DNA of 64,000 nt from Octopus vulgaris (taxonomy: Eukaryota). The notes under the pieces were generated by a model. That model searched no databases. It had not been told where the DNA came from and saw nothing but the letters and a program-made list of their open reading frames with translations. Shown piece by piece: positions 40,022 through 53,598 of the stretch. Each line of letters starts with the position of its first letter. Positions within the stretch are counted from its first letter, which is position 1. The DNA is taken from NCBI GenBank assembly GCA_951406725.2, contig OX597826.1, positions 37,386,001-37,450,000 of the forward strand, in the 5' to 3' direction. Position numbers and translations under genes: made by a program.

Positions 40022-41794
40022 TGTATATATATATATATTATTTGTATATATATATATATTATTTGTATATATGTATATATATGTTTGTGTGTGTATACAT
40101 CCACACACACACACACATATACAGATATAGATATAAATACCCCATCATGTTTGTTGCTGAACATGTCACATTGTATGTTCTGCCTTATGTACTTAGAGGT
40201 TTGAAAGTCACCCGACTATCTTGGAGTTTTGCCATGGTGTAATCTAAGAATACACGAATAGAATGTTGTTGGAACAGTTGTTGAGCTCGTTGAACTCCAC
40301 CTGTGGTCTTCCCTTATACGTACGCTGCACTTGGAACCATTCTCGGGTTGTATCTACAGTTTATATTAGGTTGAGTGGTTATGTATGTATCTGTATGTTT
40401 ATGTAACTAGATAGATGTGAATATATGTTTATATGCATGCATAATGTATGGCGATATACAAATGGATTTGTCTTCGTGATATTGCTATTGTAGCCTTCTC
40501 TAATATTTTATATTATTTACTCATCTTCTGAGATTGTCCCTGCTGGTAAATCCACAGGTGTTTCCACGTCAAGTGCTTTCAAAAGAAGCAGTAGTACTAC
40601 AAACACATATACACAATCGCGAAGGAACACGCGCACAAACACTCACACACTTGGAGCCATCATGTCGTTGTGTTTATTACTGTCGCTCTTTCGTTTCCGG
40701 CTGAGAAAATCTCTCATGAAATCTGTTAAGCATAATAGAAAACAGAAAGAATAATAGAGAAACGTGTCGTGATTATATGGCAGCGCACCTATAAAACATG
40801 TTGTGTAATAGACGCTTTAAACCTGCACGGTAACATGAACAAAAGTATCTCCTTTGTGCCAACTCTAGTTGCCGTTTATGTAATATCTTATTGAAGACCC
40901 AACCACAATAATTATAGGTTCTCTGAATTATATTATAGAACTACAAAAAACTCTATTTTCATAGTTATAGCATTATATTTCATAGCATATTCTGTTGTAA
41001 TACCACCGCCATATTACTGCAACTTTATATAATCAGGTCAGATCAGATTCTAACTGCTCTACTACCATGTGACCCAGTTCTTCCAAGTGATAAGGGTGGT
41101 CGGATATTAAGTCCCCATGGGCAAGAATTATATTGGGTGAGGAGGTTGCAGGAAGGCCCAGCAGAATAAAAACAAAACATTAAAAAGTGCAAGAGCTTCT
41201 TAAAGAAACCAACGATAAGCCATTCCATGTTGTCAGTATATTAACTATCCGCTGTATGCTCCGAATTCTGGATCGGATAATTACACTGTGATTTTGTCAT
41301 CAAACTTTTTTCCCCAGTGAAATTCAGTTTATATTCTGAAGAGCACAATTATGGATTACTACAAGACCATACTCAATTCACAAGTGGAATAGAGTCGTCT
41401 TTACCTCTCGAGCTAGACTAACTTCAATTACCTCACACAATATGGGCACATAATGAAAATTCCTTTGACAGAAACATTCTAATTATATTGAGGCAATCCG
41501 CAGTAAAATTATTAAATTCTAACCCAGTCTTCATATTACATCAGAGAGAAAAAAAACTGAAGCAAGATATTCTGCTTTCAATCTACGAAGTGGAATATTG
41601 CAGTAAGAAATGTGTTCCGCTATTATAAAATGTATTCGATAGATTGATATTTATATTCTATTTTATTCTAAGATCCTATTTCCTATTTACCAAATCCACT
41701 TCTACCACTAGTGACATATATAATCATCCACTGATAGAGAAAACCTCCGAATTCTCGCTGTCTCCGGTGTGGTAAAACCCACAATCAATATTGA

Positions 41795-41968
41795 CTTCAA
41801 AATTTGATACAAGTACAGCAAATTTACAAGAGCGGTTAAGTCGATTACATCGACCCCAGTGTTCAACTAGTCGACCTCGTTGGGATTTGAACTCAGAATG
41901 TAAAAACGAACGACATGCCGCTAAGCATTTCGCCCGGCGTGCTACCGATTCTGCCAGCTTGCCGCCTT
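41795..41968 (-). mobile_element. Deu/Nin-type SINE with internal deletion and decayed TSD
   Basis: Revcomp of the 33407 head (GGCGGCAAGCTGGCAGAATCGGTAGCACG); ACCCACAATCAATATTGA 41777-41794 vs ACCCACAGTAAATATTGA 41969-41986. Confidence 0.85.
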
Positions 41969-42139
41969 ACCCACAGTAAATATTGAAATATTAAAATATG
42001 TCCATAATAAATTTAGATAAAGACAGTAAATGCCTCTGCATAGATTTTGTGATACGTTGCAATTTCTAAAGTTTGAAACATGTTCCTTTAAGGGTATTCA
42101 ATTTCCTTTAAATGCAGTGAGATCTGAACTACCTAATGT

Positions 42140-42490
42140 GCTCAAGTGTCTTCAACCATAGCTTTGCTCCGACCAAAACCTCGTGAGGAGATTTGGTAGA
42201 CGAAATTGAAAAGCAGCCCCTCGTGTATATATATAATTGTGTGGGCGCGCGTGTGTATGCGTACGTGTGTGTGTCTTTGTGTCTATGTTTGTCCTCCCCC
42301 ACAGCTTGACAACCGGTGTTGGTGTGTCTACGTCCCCATATCTTAGCTAGCTGGCAAAAGAAAACCGATAAAATATAAGTACCAGGGTTTGTAAAATATA
42401 GTGGCGTCGATGCATTCGACTAAAGTACCTCAATGCAGAGCCCCAGCTTGGGCGCAGTCTAATGACTGAAACAAGTAAGGAAAGATAACA
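42140..42490 (+). mobile_element. SINE with internal (TG)n, 5' end decayed
   Basis: Colinear with 60115-60590; tail GCAGTCTAATGACTGAAACAAGTAA. Confidence 0.8.
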
Positions 42491-42677
42491 AAAACGATAC
42501 TTTAATGTGTTTCTATATCTTATTCTTTCATATTTTCTACTTGCTAATTTAGATGTGATGGTGCGGTGCAGGTTTGCATCGAATTTATATATTTTAGAAT
42601 TACTCAAGTCTTTTCCAAATTCACCAAGTGAAATTCTCCAATACAGTGGCCGATAGTCGTTGTTATGAAGTCCTACA

Positions 42678-42936
42678 GCGTGTTGTGTTCTTGAGCAAGA
42701 CACTTTATTTCACGTTGCTCCAGTTCACTCAGCTGTAGAAATGAGTTGCGACGTCACAGGTGCCAAGCTGTATCGGCCCTTGCCTTTCCCTTGGACAACA
42801 TCGGTGACGTGGAGAGGGGAGGCCGCTATGCATGGGCGACTACTGGTCTTCCATAAAACAACCTTGCCCAGACTTGTGCCTCAGAGGGTAACTCTAGGTG
42901 CAAACCCATGATCAGTGGCTGACCGAAGGGGGTCAC
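42678..42936 (+). mobile_element. 5'-truncated CORE-like SINE with a different 3' half from the 5390 copy
   Basis: TTGTGTTCTTGAGCAAGACACTTTATTTCACGTTGCTCCAG..CACTCAGCTG shared with 5390, then diverges; inverted relative at 52276-52550. Confidence 0.85.
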
Positions 42937-43897
42937 CCACCACCACAGTGTATTGCATCGATACGGAGAGATTTGAACCTGTGAATATCAGATGAGAGAA
43001 TCATCACTTCACTGTTAGGTACATTCAGATGATTCCAGTCTGTGGAAAGCATACGACCCATATGTCGTGCATAAGGATAACGATCTCCGTTTCATCTGAC
43101 CATCTACAAATGCAGTGAAGTAATGCTTATAGGTTGGGGCCGTTTTCCACTAAGATATTAAAATGAAACAAAAAGAACAGTGTAAATTACATTTATTCAA
43201 AAAATATTGTTGTTGATACTGATATGCATTTAGTAGTTTGTTTTAAATTGTTATGTGGAATATACCTTACTATAGAGTTAACACAAATATTTAATCTAAC
43301 ACTGAATTAATTGTGCAGAACCTTTCCCCAAACAGTAAAATTCCTTTCCCTCACATAGAGTATTTGCTTCATAATTCGAAAGAAATCAAAATTTCGATTT
43401 CGTTAGACGTAGAGGCAAAGAAAATAGTCGCCACAGATGAACTAAGATATTCATCGCCAATTGAAACTATTCTTAATATATTTCTGTCAGAATATCAACA
43501 ATTAACTAATTGTCAGTGCATATCGACATATCACCTGTAATTAGTCACAAAGTATCGGTTTTCTGAAAGAAGCATTAAGTGATTGCATTTAGCATTGCAA
43601 TTTGTATATCTCTTTACTAAATATGGATTACTGAATCAGTATTACATAAAAGCGGGAAGACAGAACATTGGCCGATCGGTTTAGAAAGAGAAATTCTGAA
43701 TCTATTGAATTAGAGTTGTTGTGTATCCACACCGACGAACTTATTCTACATTACCTTGGGATGCGGCAGATTCTTTAGAATTATTACTTACCAAGAACAT
43801 TATATATACATACACGCAAGCCAACACACACACTCGTATGTGTGTGCGTTTGTGTGTGTCTGTGCGTGCGTGTGTGCGTGCGTACGCGTATGTATGT

Positions 43898-43899
43898 AT

Positions 43900-43958
<59 letters not shown>

Positions 43959-44000
43959 CATACATACATACATACATACATACATACATACATACATACA
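43898..44000. repeat. (TAGA)n(TACA)n microsatellite
   Basis: Direct reading. Confidence 0.95.
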
Positions 44001-44236
44001 AATATACATATTTCGAAAGCACGTCTCTCTGCAGTAGTACTCATATACTGAGGGTAGAAAGGAGTGGAGCATAATTGCATCGGCAAAGAAGGAAATTAGA
44101 AAAGGATAAAAACAAGTGGTGAGAGTAAAAGGTTTAAAACACATGGGGAGTATTCCATTCTGAACGAGATATTATATTCTTGTTTTTGAGAACAATGAAC
44201 ATATCAGCGAGATTATAGTTGGGCGCCTACAAAATG

Positions 44237-44237
44237 A

Positions 44238-44286
<49 letters not shown>

Positions 44287-44340
44287 CGACGATGGTGATG
44301 GTGCTGGTGGTGGTGCTGGTGGTGGTGAAGTTGATGATGC
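44237..44340. repeat. (GAT)n/(GGT)n microsatellite
   Basis: Direct reading; source of the poly-H and poly-S pseudo-ORFs. Confidence 0.9.
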
Positions 44341-45377
44341 GGAAGAGGGTGTACGATCAAGGTACAAAATAACAGTAGCTGATTTCTTTGTTTGAACCCA
44401 GTTGTTATAGAACATTTAAAAGGTAACCACAGTCGTGGAGAGCATTCACCGATGAAACTCTGAAGGTTCCATGTCCCACTGTAACCCAGCTATTTCTTCT
44501 TTCAGGCTTTTGAAATCTAACTTCATTTAATTTTTGTTTTCAATAATCGTATTTATTCTGTAATTTTTAATCTATATGAGTTTTTTTTCCTGATATATTC
44601 TTTGCTTAAAGTCCTTTACCCAGTTTCTATTCATCTCTTTTTGTTCATCCTTGCACATTTGTAACTCGTGTGTCGACGTTTCTCGCTATATTGACGTATG
44701 ATATACACTCCAACCTGAATAGAACAATAATATTCTTTGTTTAGAAAGTTATTTGTGAAAATTTCGATATCATCAGTGACACTTTAGCGAGATTCATGTT
44801 TTGTTTATATTTTTATGAATTTTCTGTTGAATGTGTTTGTTAAAACTTTGATTGTTCATGCTATTCACTTTGACATTTAAAATCTCATTTGTGTTTTTAT
44901 TTCAAGAAACTTTAAATGATTTCTGGTATAAGTTAAAACTATAAAGAAACCTAATAATAACGTCAAATGTATTGTAAAAATAATGGCAATTCTGCTAAAT
45001 GAAACATGACATATATTGTACTTATTTACCTTTTCTCCTTCATATCTCATAACTGAAATCTCGATAGCTGGAGAATAAGTTCGCCATTTTATTTTCGATG
45101 AGTTACTAGTGTTATGTGACTTACTTGTTGATTCAAATTGGAATATTTTCAAGTCGGTGAAAGGTAATGTTTTGGCTGATAGTTAACCATCATGCTACAG
45201 CAATTCGCAAAACTCTGAATTGAAAACTATATTCTTATTCCCAGAAAATCAGATGTAAGACAGCGTCTCTATTCGGTTTCTATGTTGTTGTGTCCATAAA
45301 GTAATGTATGCCTGCATGGAAGATAACAAATGATATCTAACATTAGCTAATTATGGCATATTTTCGGAATATTTGAT

Positions 45378-45754
45378 AAATAGAGAATACCAAACGAGTT
45401 CCCTATGGATACCGTATTTATTACAACGAGTGGCTTGTAAACGAGTTGTAATAAATACGGTCTCCATAAGAAATGAGTTTGGTATTTTATTTATTACACA
45501 CGAATAAACGACCATATTTTATTAACCCAGTAACTAAATTCTTCAGGTTTAGTTATAACTTATGAATGACAAAAGTAGTGCCGTCACCGTGACCTCAAAT
45601 CATCACCATGGATTGACCAATCAGAAGCAGCGCTGTCACCGTGACCTCGGGTTATCACCACGGATTGACCAATCAGAAGCAGCGCTCGCAGTATCTGACA
45701 TATGTTAGATACCAAAAATATCTCAAAGTGTTCTCACTCACATGTGTGTAATAA
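45378..45754. mobile_element. Probable non-autonomous DNA element: 100-bp palindrome plus 52-bp tandem duplication
   Basis: Hairpin 45386-45486; units 45583-45634 and 45635-45686; TTATTACACAC (45491) inverted with GTGTGTAATAA (~45744). Confidence 0.55.
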
Positions 45755-46234
45755 CTAACTATAATCCGATTAAAGCTATCTATTATTAACTGGCAGCCAT
45801 GAATTGGTAAATGGTGCAGGTATTTCTACTACGTTTATATTATGGTGTGTTCTAAGTATAAATCTGTTAAGAGATTTACTAAAATGTCTAGGGTCTAAAA
45901 TGACATGTATTGTTAACACTCTAATACGTGGATAGAGTATATCACGCCAAATGGGAGCTAATATACAGTCATTAACCTCCTAAAATAATAGTCAAATACT
46001 CTATGGTCACCCTGATCACGATATGAAATGAGTGGGCTTTTTTTTTATGACGAAAGCCTATAAATGTATACGAAATTTTAGGATAGTCACAGTTACAACG
46101 ACTTCGTTCATATATTTCCTTCATCATTGCTTACCTTAGGTTAAAGACCAACATCTCATTAAGTTAATATTAGAATAACCATAATTGCGAGTTGATTAAT
46201 TAGCGAACAATTAGCTGAATCAACAGTGATACAT

Positions 46235-46330
46235 GTTTATATCGTTGCCACTCTGCTCTGTTCATGACCCAAGTCTTGAATAGACCGCAGTCATCTAGAT
46301 TTTGGTAGGTACAGCAGAACGCGTTATAAT
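46235..46330 (-). pseudogene. Possible RTE-clade LINE extreme C-terminus
   Basis: TYQNLDDCGLFKTWVMNRAEWQR resembles the MxDRxxWR terminus of RTE ORF2. Confidence 0.35.
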
Positions 46331-46934
46331 TTACTGCTGTAACATCGACATTATAAAAGTGACAAGCTGTTCTTTTGCTTGGAGTTCTAGAAGTCAATAG
46401 AATGCCCTACTATTGTATCACCCCTTTAATCATGACATGAAAAGCAAATTAATACAAACGCTGCTCTGACGACTCAATAGATTTACAAGACTAATTAGCA
46501 CTGAACATTATACATGTTTCACAACTGGCTTCATCGCATACCAACCACATTTCTCATTATATTCTGATTCGCTTCGCCTTGTCAAGGTTTGCTATCCGAA
46601 TGTCTCCCTAATTTACTGCAACCTCAATCATTGTCCAAAGCCTTAGAATCCATTGTTTATCATGTCAGCAAACTTTCCCCAATCTCTTCCAATTTACTAT
46701 TATACATTTCCCAGACTCTTACTTAATACTCTGTTACCACAATTAACACTATCATTCCCACTCTTGTCATGTCCAACACATCAATAAAAATACTTCGGAT
46801 TTTTAACTTCCGAACTACAAAAACATCTTTATTAGCTCTATTTGACATCTCATCATACATTAAAGGACAGGCTGTATTAATTTCCTCTTCCTGCTACCAG
46901 AATTTTATGTAAATGTTGTATATATATATATATA

Positions 46935-47001
<67 letters not shown>

Positions 47002-48049
47002 GTATGTACAAACACACACGTACACAAACACACGCACACATATACTTATGTATGTATATCCATATATATACGCATATACATACGTAACAATGCATTCAAA
47101 AATAAATCGATTTGTTGAAGCTAGTCGCAGCGTTAAGAGTTTTATGGCTCTTATTTCCAAGATGTAATACTATAAAAGGTGTCTTTGTATGTCTCCTGAC
47201 ATAATGAAAGCGCAAATGAACAGGTCGCCAAACAGTAAATAAAACGATTTAAGGGAGACATTTGGCTAGAATTTGATGAGGGCAAAATAGATTGGAACCC
47301 GTTGATATAGGACTCTTGTTCGTAGCTAAGAATGGGATTTTCCTTCCTTTAAATATGTAAACTAGCTCTGAAACTAATACCAGATATCATGAAATTATTT
47401 TATCATTTGTTCGGGAGTCTAAGTTGCAGTAAGGACATTTTAAAAAATTTATCTCTTAAAATCTGAATGGCATTTCAACTAATTATGCTTCTTCCTGCAT
47501 CATTTAATACATCAACCTTTGCACGTATTTAGCTGATATTTCTATATTTGTATACGTTAAAAGTCATTTTTTTTATTGTTATATATTGCTAGTTTACTAT
47601 GTTCTTAACCACAAATTTGTATTGAGACAGAACTACAAAGACAGACATGATAATGGCGTTAAGCTAATCGATAACGAATTGTCTACCAATAATTATAAAA
47701 ATAAATCATTGAAGTTCATTATCCTTCCTCGCTCGAAAAAATGGAAATAGTTAAATTAGTGTTATCGTCATAATGCATCGAACGTCAACAATGTACGCAT
47801 GCAGAAGGAGAAATACTTCAGCAGGAAAAATAGAAAACAAATAATGTTAAATAATATAACACAATCGGTTCAGCATTTCTATGTAGGCGTATGATGCTCA
47901 GTACAGGAAATAGGTAAACAGAAAGTTAACTTTAGGTGCTGTCTCTGTATAATTCGACATAAAGGTGTGATTTTGTGTATCTGTATTTGTTTATGTGTGT
48001 GCGTGTCTGTTTATGTGTGTGTATGTATATATATGATTATCTACCCCTC

Positions 48050-48310
48050 TGTCAGACACAGTACTGCAAGAGTCTGGGTTTCAAGGGCCAGCGATTGTTC
48101 AACCTCCTTCCAGGCAACCTTAGAGATCTACATGGTGTTGGTGTGGATGTTTTCAAGGAACATCTGGACAGGTTTCTATCTGAGATACCAGATGAACCCA
48201 CGCAAAGAAGAGCAACTCCTTCCAACTCGCTACATCACCAAAACCAATATCGGAAACAACACCGAGTAACTACAGGTGATGCAACAGCATGATCTCAACC
48301 AGGGAAAGAG
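48050..48310 (+). mobile_element. 5'-truncated CR1/L2-like LINE 3' end
   Basis: SLGFKGQRLFNLLPGNLRDLHGVGVDVFKEHLDRFLSEIPDEP (FNxLP...FKxxLD motif), then a decayed GGTG..CAGCATG tail and microsatellite. Confidence 0.85.
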
Positions 48311-49834
48311 ATAGATACATACATAGACAGACAGACACACGTACACATACATACATACATACATACATACATACATACATACATACATACATACATACAT
48401 ACATACATACATACATACATACATACATACATACATACATGATGTGTATAGCTTCATTAAGCATTGTGTGATATATCATAAATGTTTTTAATTTCGCTGA
48501 AAACCCAAATAAGAAATAATAAAGGTGAATGTTTATTACTTATCGCCTGTATTCCGATATTTCGTGCTTAAAACCACTTATTCGAGAATTCTTTGGTTCC
48601 AGCTAGCTTTCCTATTTTTTAATGCATATAGGCGTGCTTATATGGAAACTTGCTTTGCGTGCGCATGACAGCATTACAATAACAACCAATCACCTGCGTG
48701 CAACTTGATTCCGCTATTAAATGTAATTTGGTCTTAATACTGATTATGGTGCTCTTTCTTCTCAGTTTCTCATCATTCACGGTGTGATATTTACGCAGAT
48801 GGTTTTTCCATGCAGGACGCACCAGCAGCTACATGTTCTTTGACGGTTAGGAATTTCAATGTGAGTTTCATTTATTTATCACAATTGATTTCATTTACCA
48901 CGTAGGGCCGCATATATTCTCATTATTCAGTTCGGTCCTTGGGAAATATGCACGTGCCGTTGTTGTTTGAGTTAGAAGGTTGCACCGAGGGGTGTGTGCA
49001 AGTCGCATATACAATACTTCCACACGGATTGGCCGTTAGATTTGAGGGTTGCTTCTTCGTCGGTCGAAGCCCTGGCGTTTGGCAAAAGAGTGTCGATGAC
49101 CATTTTAAATAAGACTTTTCTGAATTGCATACTGTTGCTTTGTTTTCTTTCTCGTCTCATTGCATTTACTTTCTATCCTCAGGACCTCATTTTGTAATTT
49201 GGCCACTATAGCTTTGATGGGTAGAAATGAATTGTAATGCACCGATAGGCGCTTTTCTGTACAAGTTCGTACTTGTATGGTTCCATTCTCTGGGATTCTG
49301 AGTTTGAAATCCAGGAAAGATAAGAGATCGGTTCTATCTGGATGTCACGGACCAGTTGGAACACCGAGAACACAAAGTCTATCCCTCCTGAGCCTATTTT
49401 GTCCTGCAATGCAAATGACATTCTCATCCTAACATCGTCTCCTGGGGAGACTATAAAGATATATGAAACGTTTAATAACATTGACGACCGCAGAAGACTT
49501 GAAGTGGAGGATCGCAGTGATGCAAGTTACTTATCTCTGCTTGATTTCGAATACATAATCACAGATCCCACTCAGCTATCTTTGTCTGAAAATCGCCCTG
49601 CAGGGATCTTTTGAGCATTACAATTCAACCCTTCTCATGGAATCCAAGACGGCCAACGTAAGAAATGAGATCTAAATGTTTTGCAGTAAATACAGAGCTC
49701 CCGTCTTATATATTGTTCAGATGTAGTACGACTTAGAGCTCATTAGCAAATGCCGTCCTTTTTATAAGACAGGAAAGCGTGTGTGTTTCAGGCGGTATTG
49801 TTGTTTCTACTTGGTAATTCAATACCATAGTAAC

Positions 49835-50050
49835 GATTTCTGATTTTGGTAAATGGCCAGCAATCTTCAGGGTGCGGTAAATCGATTACATGAATTTCTG
49901 TACTTGACTGTTACTTTATTTTATCAACACTGAAATGATAAAAGTCAAATTTGGCCGGGTCAAAATTTTAGCACCGAACGTAAAGAGCGTGAAGAAATAC
50001 CGATAAGCATATTTCGTCCGCTGTGCTAAGACCTCTGCCAGCATACCATT
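49835..50050 (-). mobile_element. Decayed Deu/Nin-type SINE
   Basis: TCGATTACAT..TACTTTATTTTATC..AAAGTCAA..GCTAAG..TCTGCCAGC colinear with the 41795 and 11490 copies. Confidence 0.65.
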
Positions 50051-50831
50051 TTCAAAAATACTTCAATACTATTAGAGACACCAGTAATAATGATACACCA
50101 ATCTACATTTATGTAATGGAAGCATTAAATCAAATCAATGAACCCAGTGTATTTATAGTAATATGTTATTAACCCAAATCATAAACTTTAAATCACTCCA
50201 AGTGGACTAAGAACTTAGAACATAGAGACACAAAACCAAGCACTGTAAAAGAATTAGAAGACACGAACTGCCTGGATTTCCCAGCATATCTTGAGCTACG
50301 AAAAAAAATATCGTTATCTCAAACAAGTCTCTGTAGTTTACAGTAAATATGTCATTTATACTACAAAGCACGAAACTTGTGCAATTATTGAAAGATTAGT
50401 GTCAGTGTAATTGCATAGTTGTTAAAGTAGAGGACAAGCTGCCTAGAAGGATTTCTTCTGGGACTTTGCGTTTTAGGTTCAAATCTCGCCGATATTAAAT
50501 TATAAGTCATTTTAAGCCCATAAAATAATGAGCAATTTCCGATTCGAATTACATTTGCAGAATTGTCACAGAATCGAATAGGAGGCCCGTTGGCATACTC
50601 ACCCGTTCTTAGCCTACTAATTTCATGGGTAGAAGGTTTAATCAGTTCCCCAGCTTAGCACGCCCTCCAGATCGTTATATACCATCAATGATGTTCTGTA
50701 TCCTGCAAGAATTCTTGTCAGACTTCAGGTTCGGAGAAAATAATTTTTTCCTTTATCTATTCCTAAATTATAGAGTCGAAGCCGCTATCCACTTTGACTA
50801 CGAACTGAATATACATACATACCTACATACA

Positions 50832-50908
<77 letters not shown>

Positions 50909-51262
50909 TGTATGCATGTACATATATCATGTCACCACAGAATTGCATTCAGATTAGATTTCTCCCGAGCATACATAACACTCTATAGATGTTCTTATTG
51001 ATTGATACAGTCATTTACACCTCCAAAGTAATTGCGCACATAGAAATGAATATTGTTATCGATTGTGTGCAAATGTTTTTCTATATGTCTAGAAAATAAA
51101 TTTTCTTGTAAACATAACAAAACTACAACTGTAATATTTGAAAGAAGTTGGTTAATTTGTCTCATGTGTATATGATTTCATATGTATGTGTATTTATGAA
51201 TGTTTGGAAGTTGTTAAACAGTGTGGTGTTCATATACCCATGTATATATATATATATGTATG

Positions 51263-51341
<79 letters not shown>

Positions 51342-51342
51342 G

Positions 51343-52108
51343 CAAGGTTTAGGTTACTTAAAATATGTTTGTGACATATTTAAACTGCTAAAAGGCGAAT
51401 TCACTGCAGTTACCATTGTGAAAATTTTCTCTTGTGATAAAAAGCTGTAAAAATACCATGTCTGCTCAGATATCGATGTTTCTAGCTCCTTAGAAGTTGT
51501 CAATGTGGAATACTTAAGATAAGCAACCCTGGACAGAGCTTATTAATGTTATAGCTTTAGCTAAAACACAGTCAACAGCATGGATTGATTTGCGCTGTAG
51601 ACCGCCAGATCGCAGAAATTACCGGAATATTAGCACCAAGCATTGTTTAGGCATAAGCAAAGCTTAGATTAGTTAAAATATGTTTTTGACATATTTCAAC
51701 TACTAAAAGGCAAAGTCACTGCAGTTAGCGTGAAGAAAAGTTCCTCTTACAATAAAAAAGTGTAAAAATACCATATCGCCTAAAGAATTCTTGGTACTAA
51801 TATTACGGTAATTTGCACGACCTGGCGGTCTAGAGTGCAAAACAATTAAAGCTTTTGACTACATTTTATCTAAAGCTATAGCTTTAATAAGGTTTCTCCG
51901 CAGTTGCTTCTCTTAGGAATTTCCCACTGGTGACATCTAAGGAGCTAGAAACATCGATGTGTGTGAATTTCAATCGATAGTGACACTGGACAGCTTTTTA
52001 CCATTAGAGAAAATATTTTCCGCGGTAACTGCAATAAATATGCCTTTTAGCAATTAAAATACTAACCTAAACTTTTCTTATACCTAAACACTGCTTGGCG
52101 TTAATATC
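51343..52108. mobile_element. Older tandem-plus-inverted Penelope-type element (family F) with decayed hammerhead at 51918-51970
   Basis: Direct repeat with period ~315 bp (51358 vs 51673); 51472-51652 inverted at 51778-51958; 51375-51450 inverted at 51990-52061; CTGGTGA..GAAA-CATCGATG-TG. Confidence 0.75.
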
Positions 52109-52185
52109 ATGCATACATAAAAACATACATACATATATATCATATATATATATATATAGATAGATAGATAGATAGATAGATAGAC

Positions 52186-52224
<39 letters not shown>

Positions 52225-52275
52225 GGGAGAGAGAGAGAGAGAAAGTGAGAGAGACAAAGAGAGAGAGAGAAAGAA

Positions 52276-52550
52276 GGACCCCTTTGACTATGAATGACCA
52301 TGCAATTGCACCGCGAGGTTCTTTATGGAAGACCACGCTCCCGTTTCTACGCCACCGATATCATTCCATAGAAAGGCAAAGACCGATACAGCTTAGCAAT
52401 ACTGACGTTGCAACTCTTTTCTAAAGCTGAGTGACATGGAGCAACGCGAAATAGAGTGTCTTGCACAAGAACACAACACACAGTCCTGTCTAGGAATCGA
52501 ACTCGCTTCCACAGCATTGTGAACTCGACGCTCTCAGCCATTCGCCTTCA
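52276..52550 (-). mobile_element. Decayed SINE of the 42678 family
   Basis: GCTGAGTG..TGGAGCAACGCGAAATAGAGTGTCTTGCACAAGAACACAAC..GGAATCGAACTC is the reverse complement of B-box plus CORE-like domain. Confidence 0.8.
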
Positions 52551-52594
52551 CCCACACACGCTCACATATGTATGTATATATATATATATATATT

Positions 52595-52665
<71 letters not shown>

Positions 52666-52751
52666 CATATATATACATATATATATATATATGTATGTAT
52701 GTATGTATGCATGGGTAATATGTATATATATATATGTAAGTATATATGTTT

Positions 52752-52786
<35 letters not shown>

Positions 52787-52797
52787 GTATATATATG

Positions 52798-52855
<58 letters not shown>

Positions 52856-53539
52856 AATGATAAAAAGAATATATAACATGCAATGCATCTTTGTGCATGT
52901 GTAAAAGTATAATTGATGCATGTACGTTATCGAAGAGCAGCATTCTGTATGATTAGTTATTTCATATTTCACTTACAGATCTTTTTCTTTATTTACTTTG
53001 TAAGGAGAAACATACAAATAAGAAAGAAGACAGCAAAGGACCACTGATGCGGTCACAGGAAAATGACGAAAGAACTCTGGCCGAAATAAGATTAAGATTA
53101 ATGCAAAAAATAAATAACGCTGAAGCAAAGTAACACCAAATATATAGTACGTGTGTTTTTATTGGCTAAACTGGCAAAATGACCATTCCTAAATACAACA
53201 CTATGATTTCAAATGTATATATATATATACAGACAGGCACGAACACATGCACACAAATATATATATATATATACACACACGCAAATGTATATATGCATAT
53301 AGGAGCCTGCGAATCGACCGTAATCCTTATAATGACAAGTGGCCCCTAGAGGAGCTTTATGGGATAGCCAAGCGATTCTATGAATCCATATATTACACTA
53401 CAAATTTATATGTGTATATATATGCGCTCGTGTGTGTGTTGTGTGTGTGCGCGAGCGCGCGTATGCGCCCTGGCACGCGTGTGTGTGTGTTAAGTAAAAT
53501 GAGACAATAAAGCCTTCAGGACTCATTTATAAAGAGAAA

Positions 53540-53587
53540 GTCTTACAGCTGTTTCTGGGATGTTAGGAATGTCCCTTCATCAGAAAC
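53540..53587 (-). ncRNA. Minimal type I hammerhead ribozyme, intact core (family G)
   Basis: Minus strand GTTT-CTGATGA-A-GGGA-CATTCCTAACA-TCCC-A-GAAA-CAGCTG-TA-AGAC; lies in a ~110-bp island between (TG)n and (TA)n. Confidence 0.8.
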
Positions 53588-53598
53588 GATGTGAGATG

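Noticed and set aside
43007-43125. Imperfect nested inverted segments (CATCACTTCACTG/CAGTGAAGTAATG, TCAGATGA/TCATCTGA)
   Set aside because: Short and interrupted; could be chance or an old MITE
53340-53385. CTAGAGGA-GCT..AGC-CAAGCG
   Set aside because: Both core halves deviate from the hammerhead consensus
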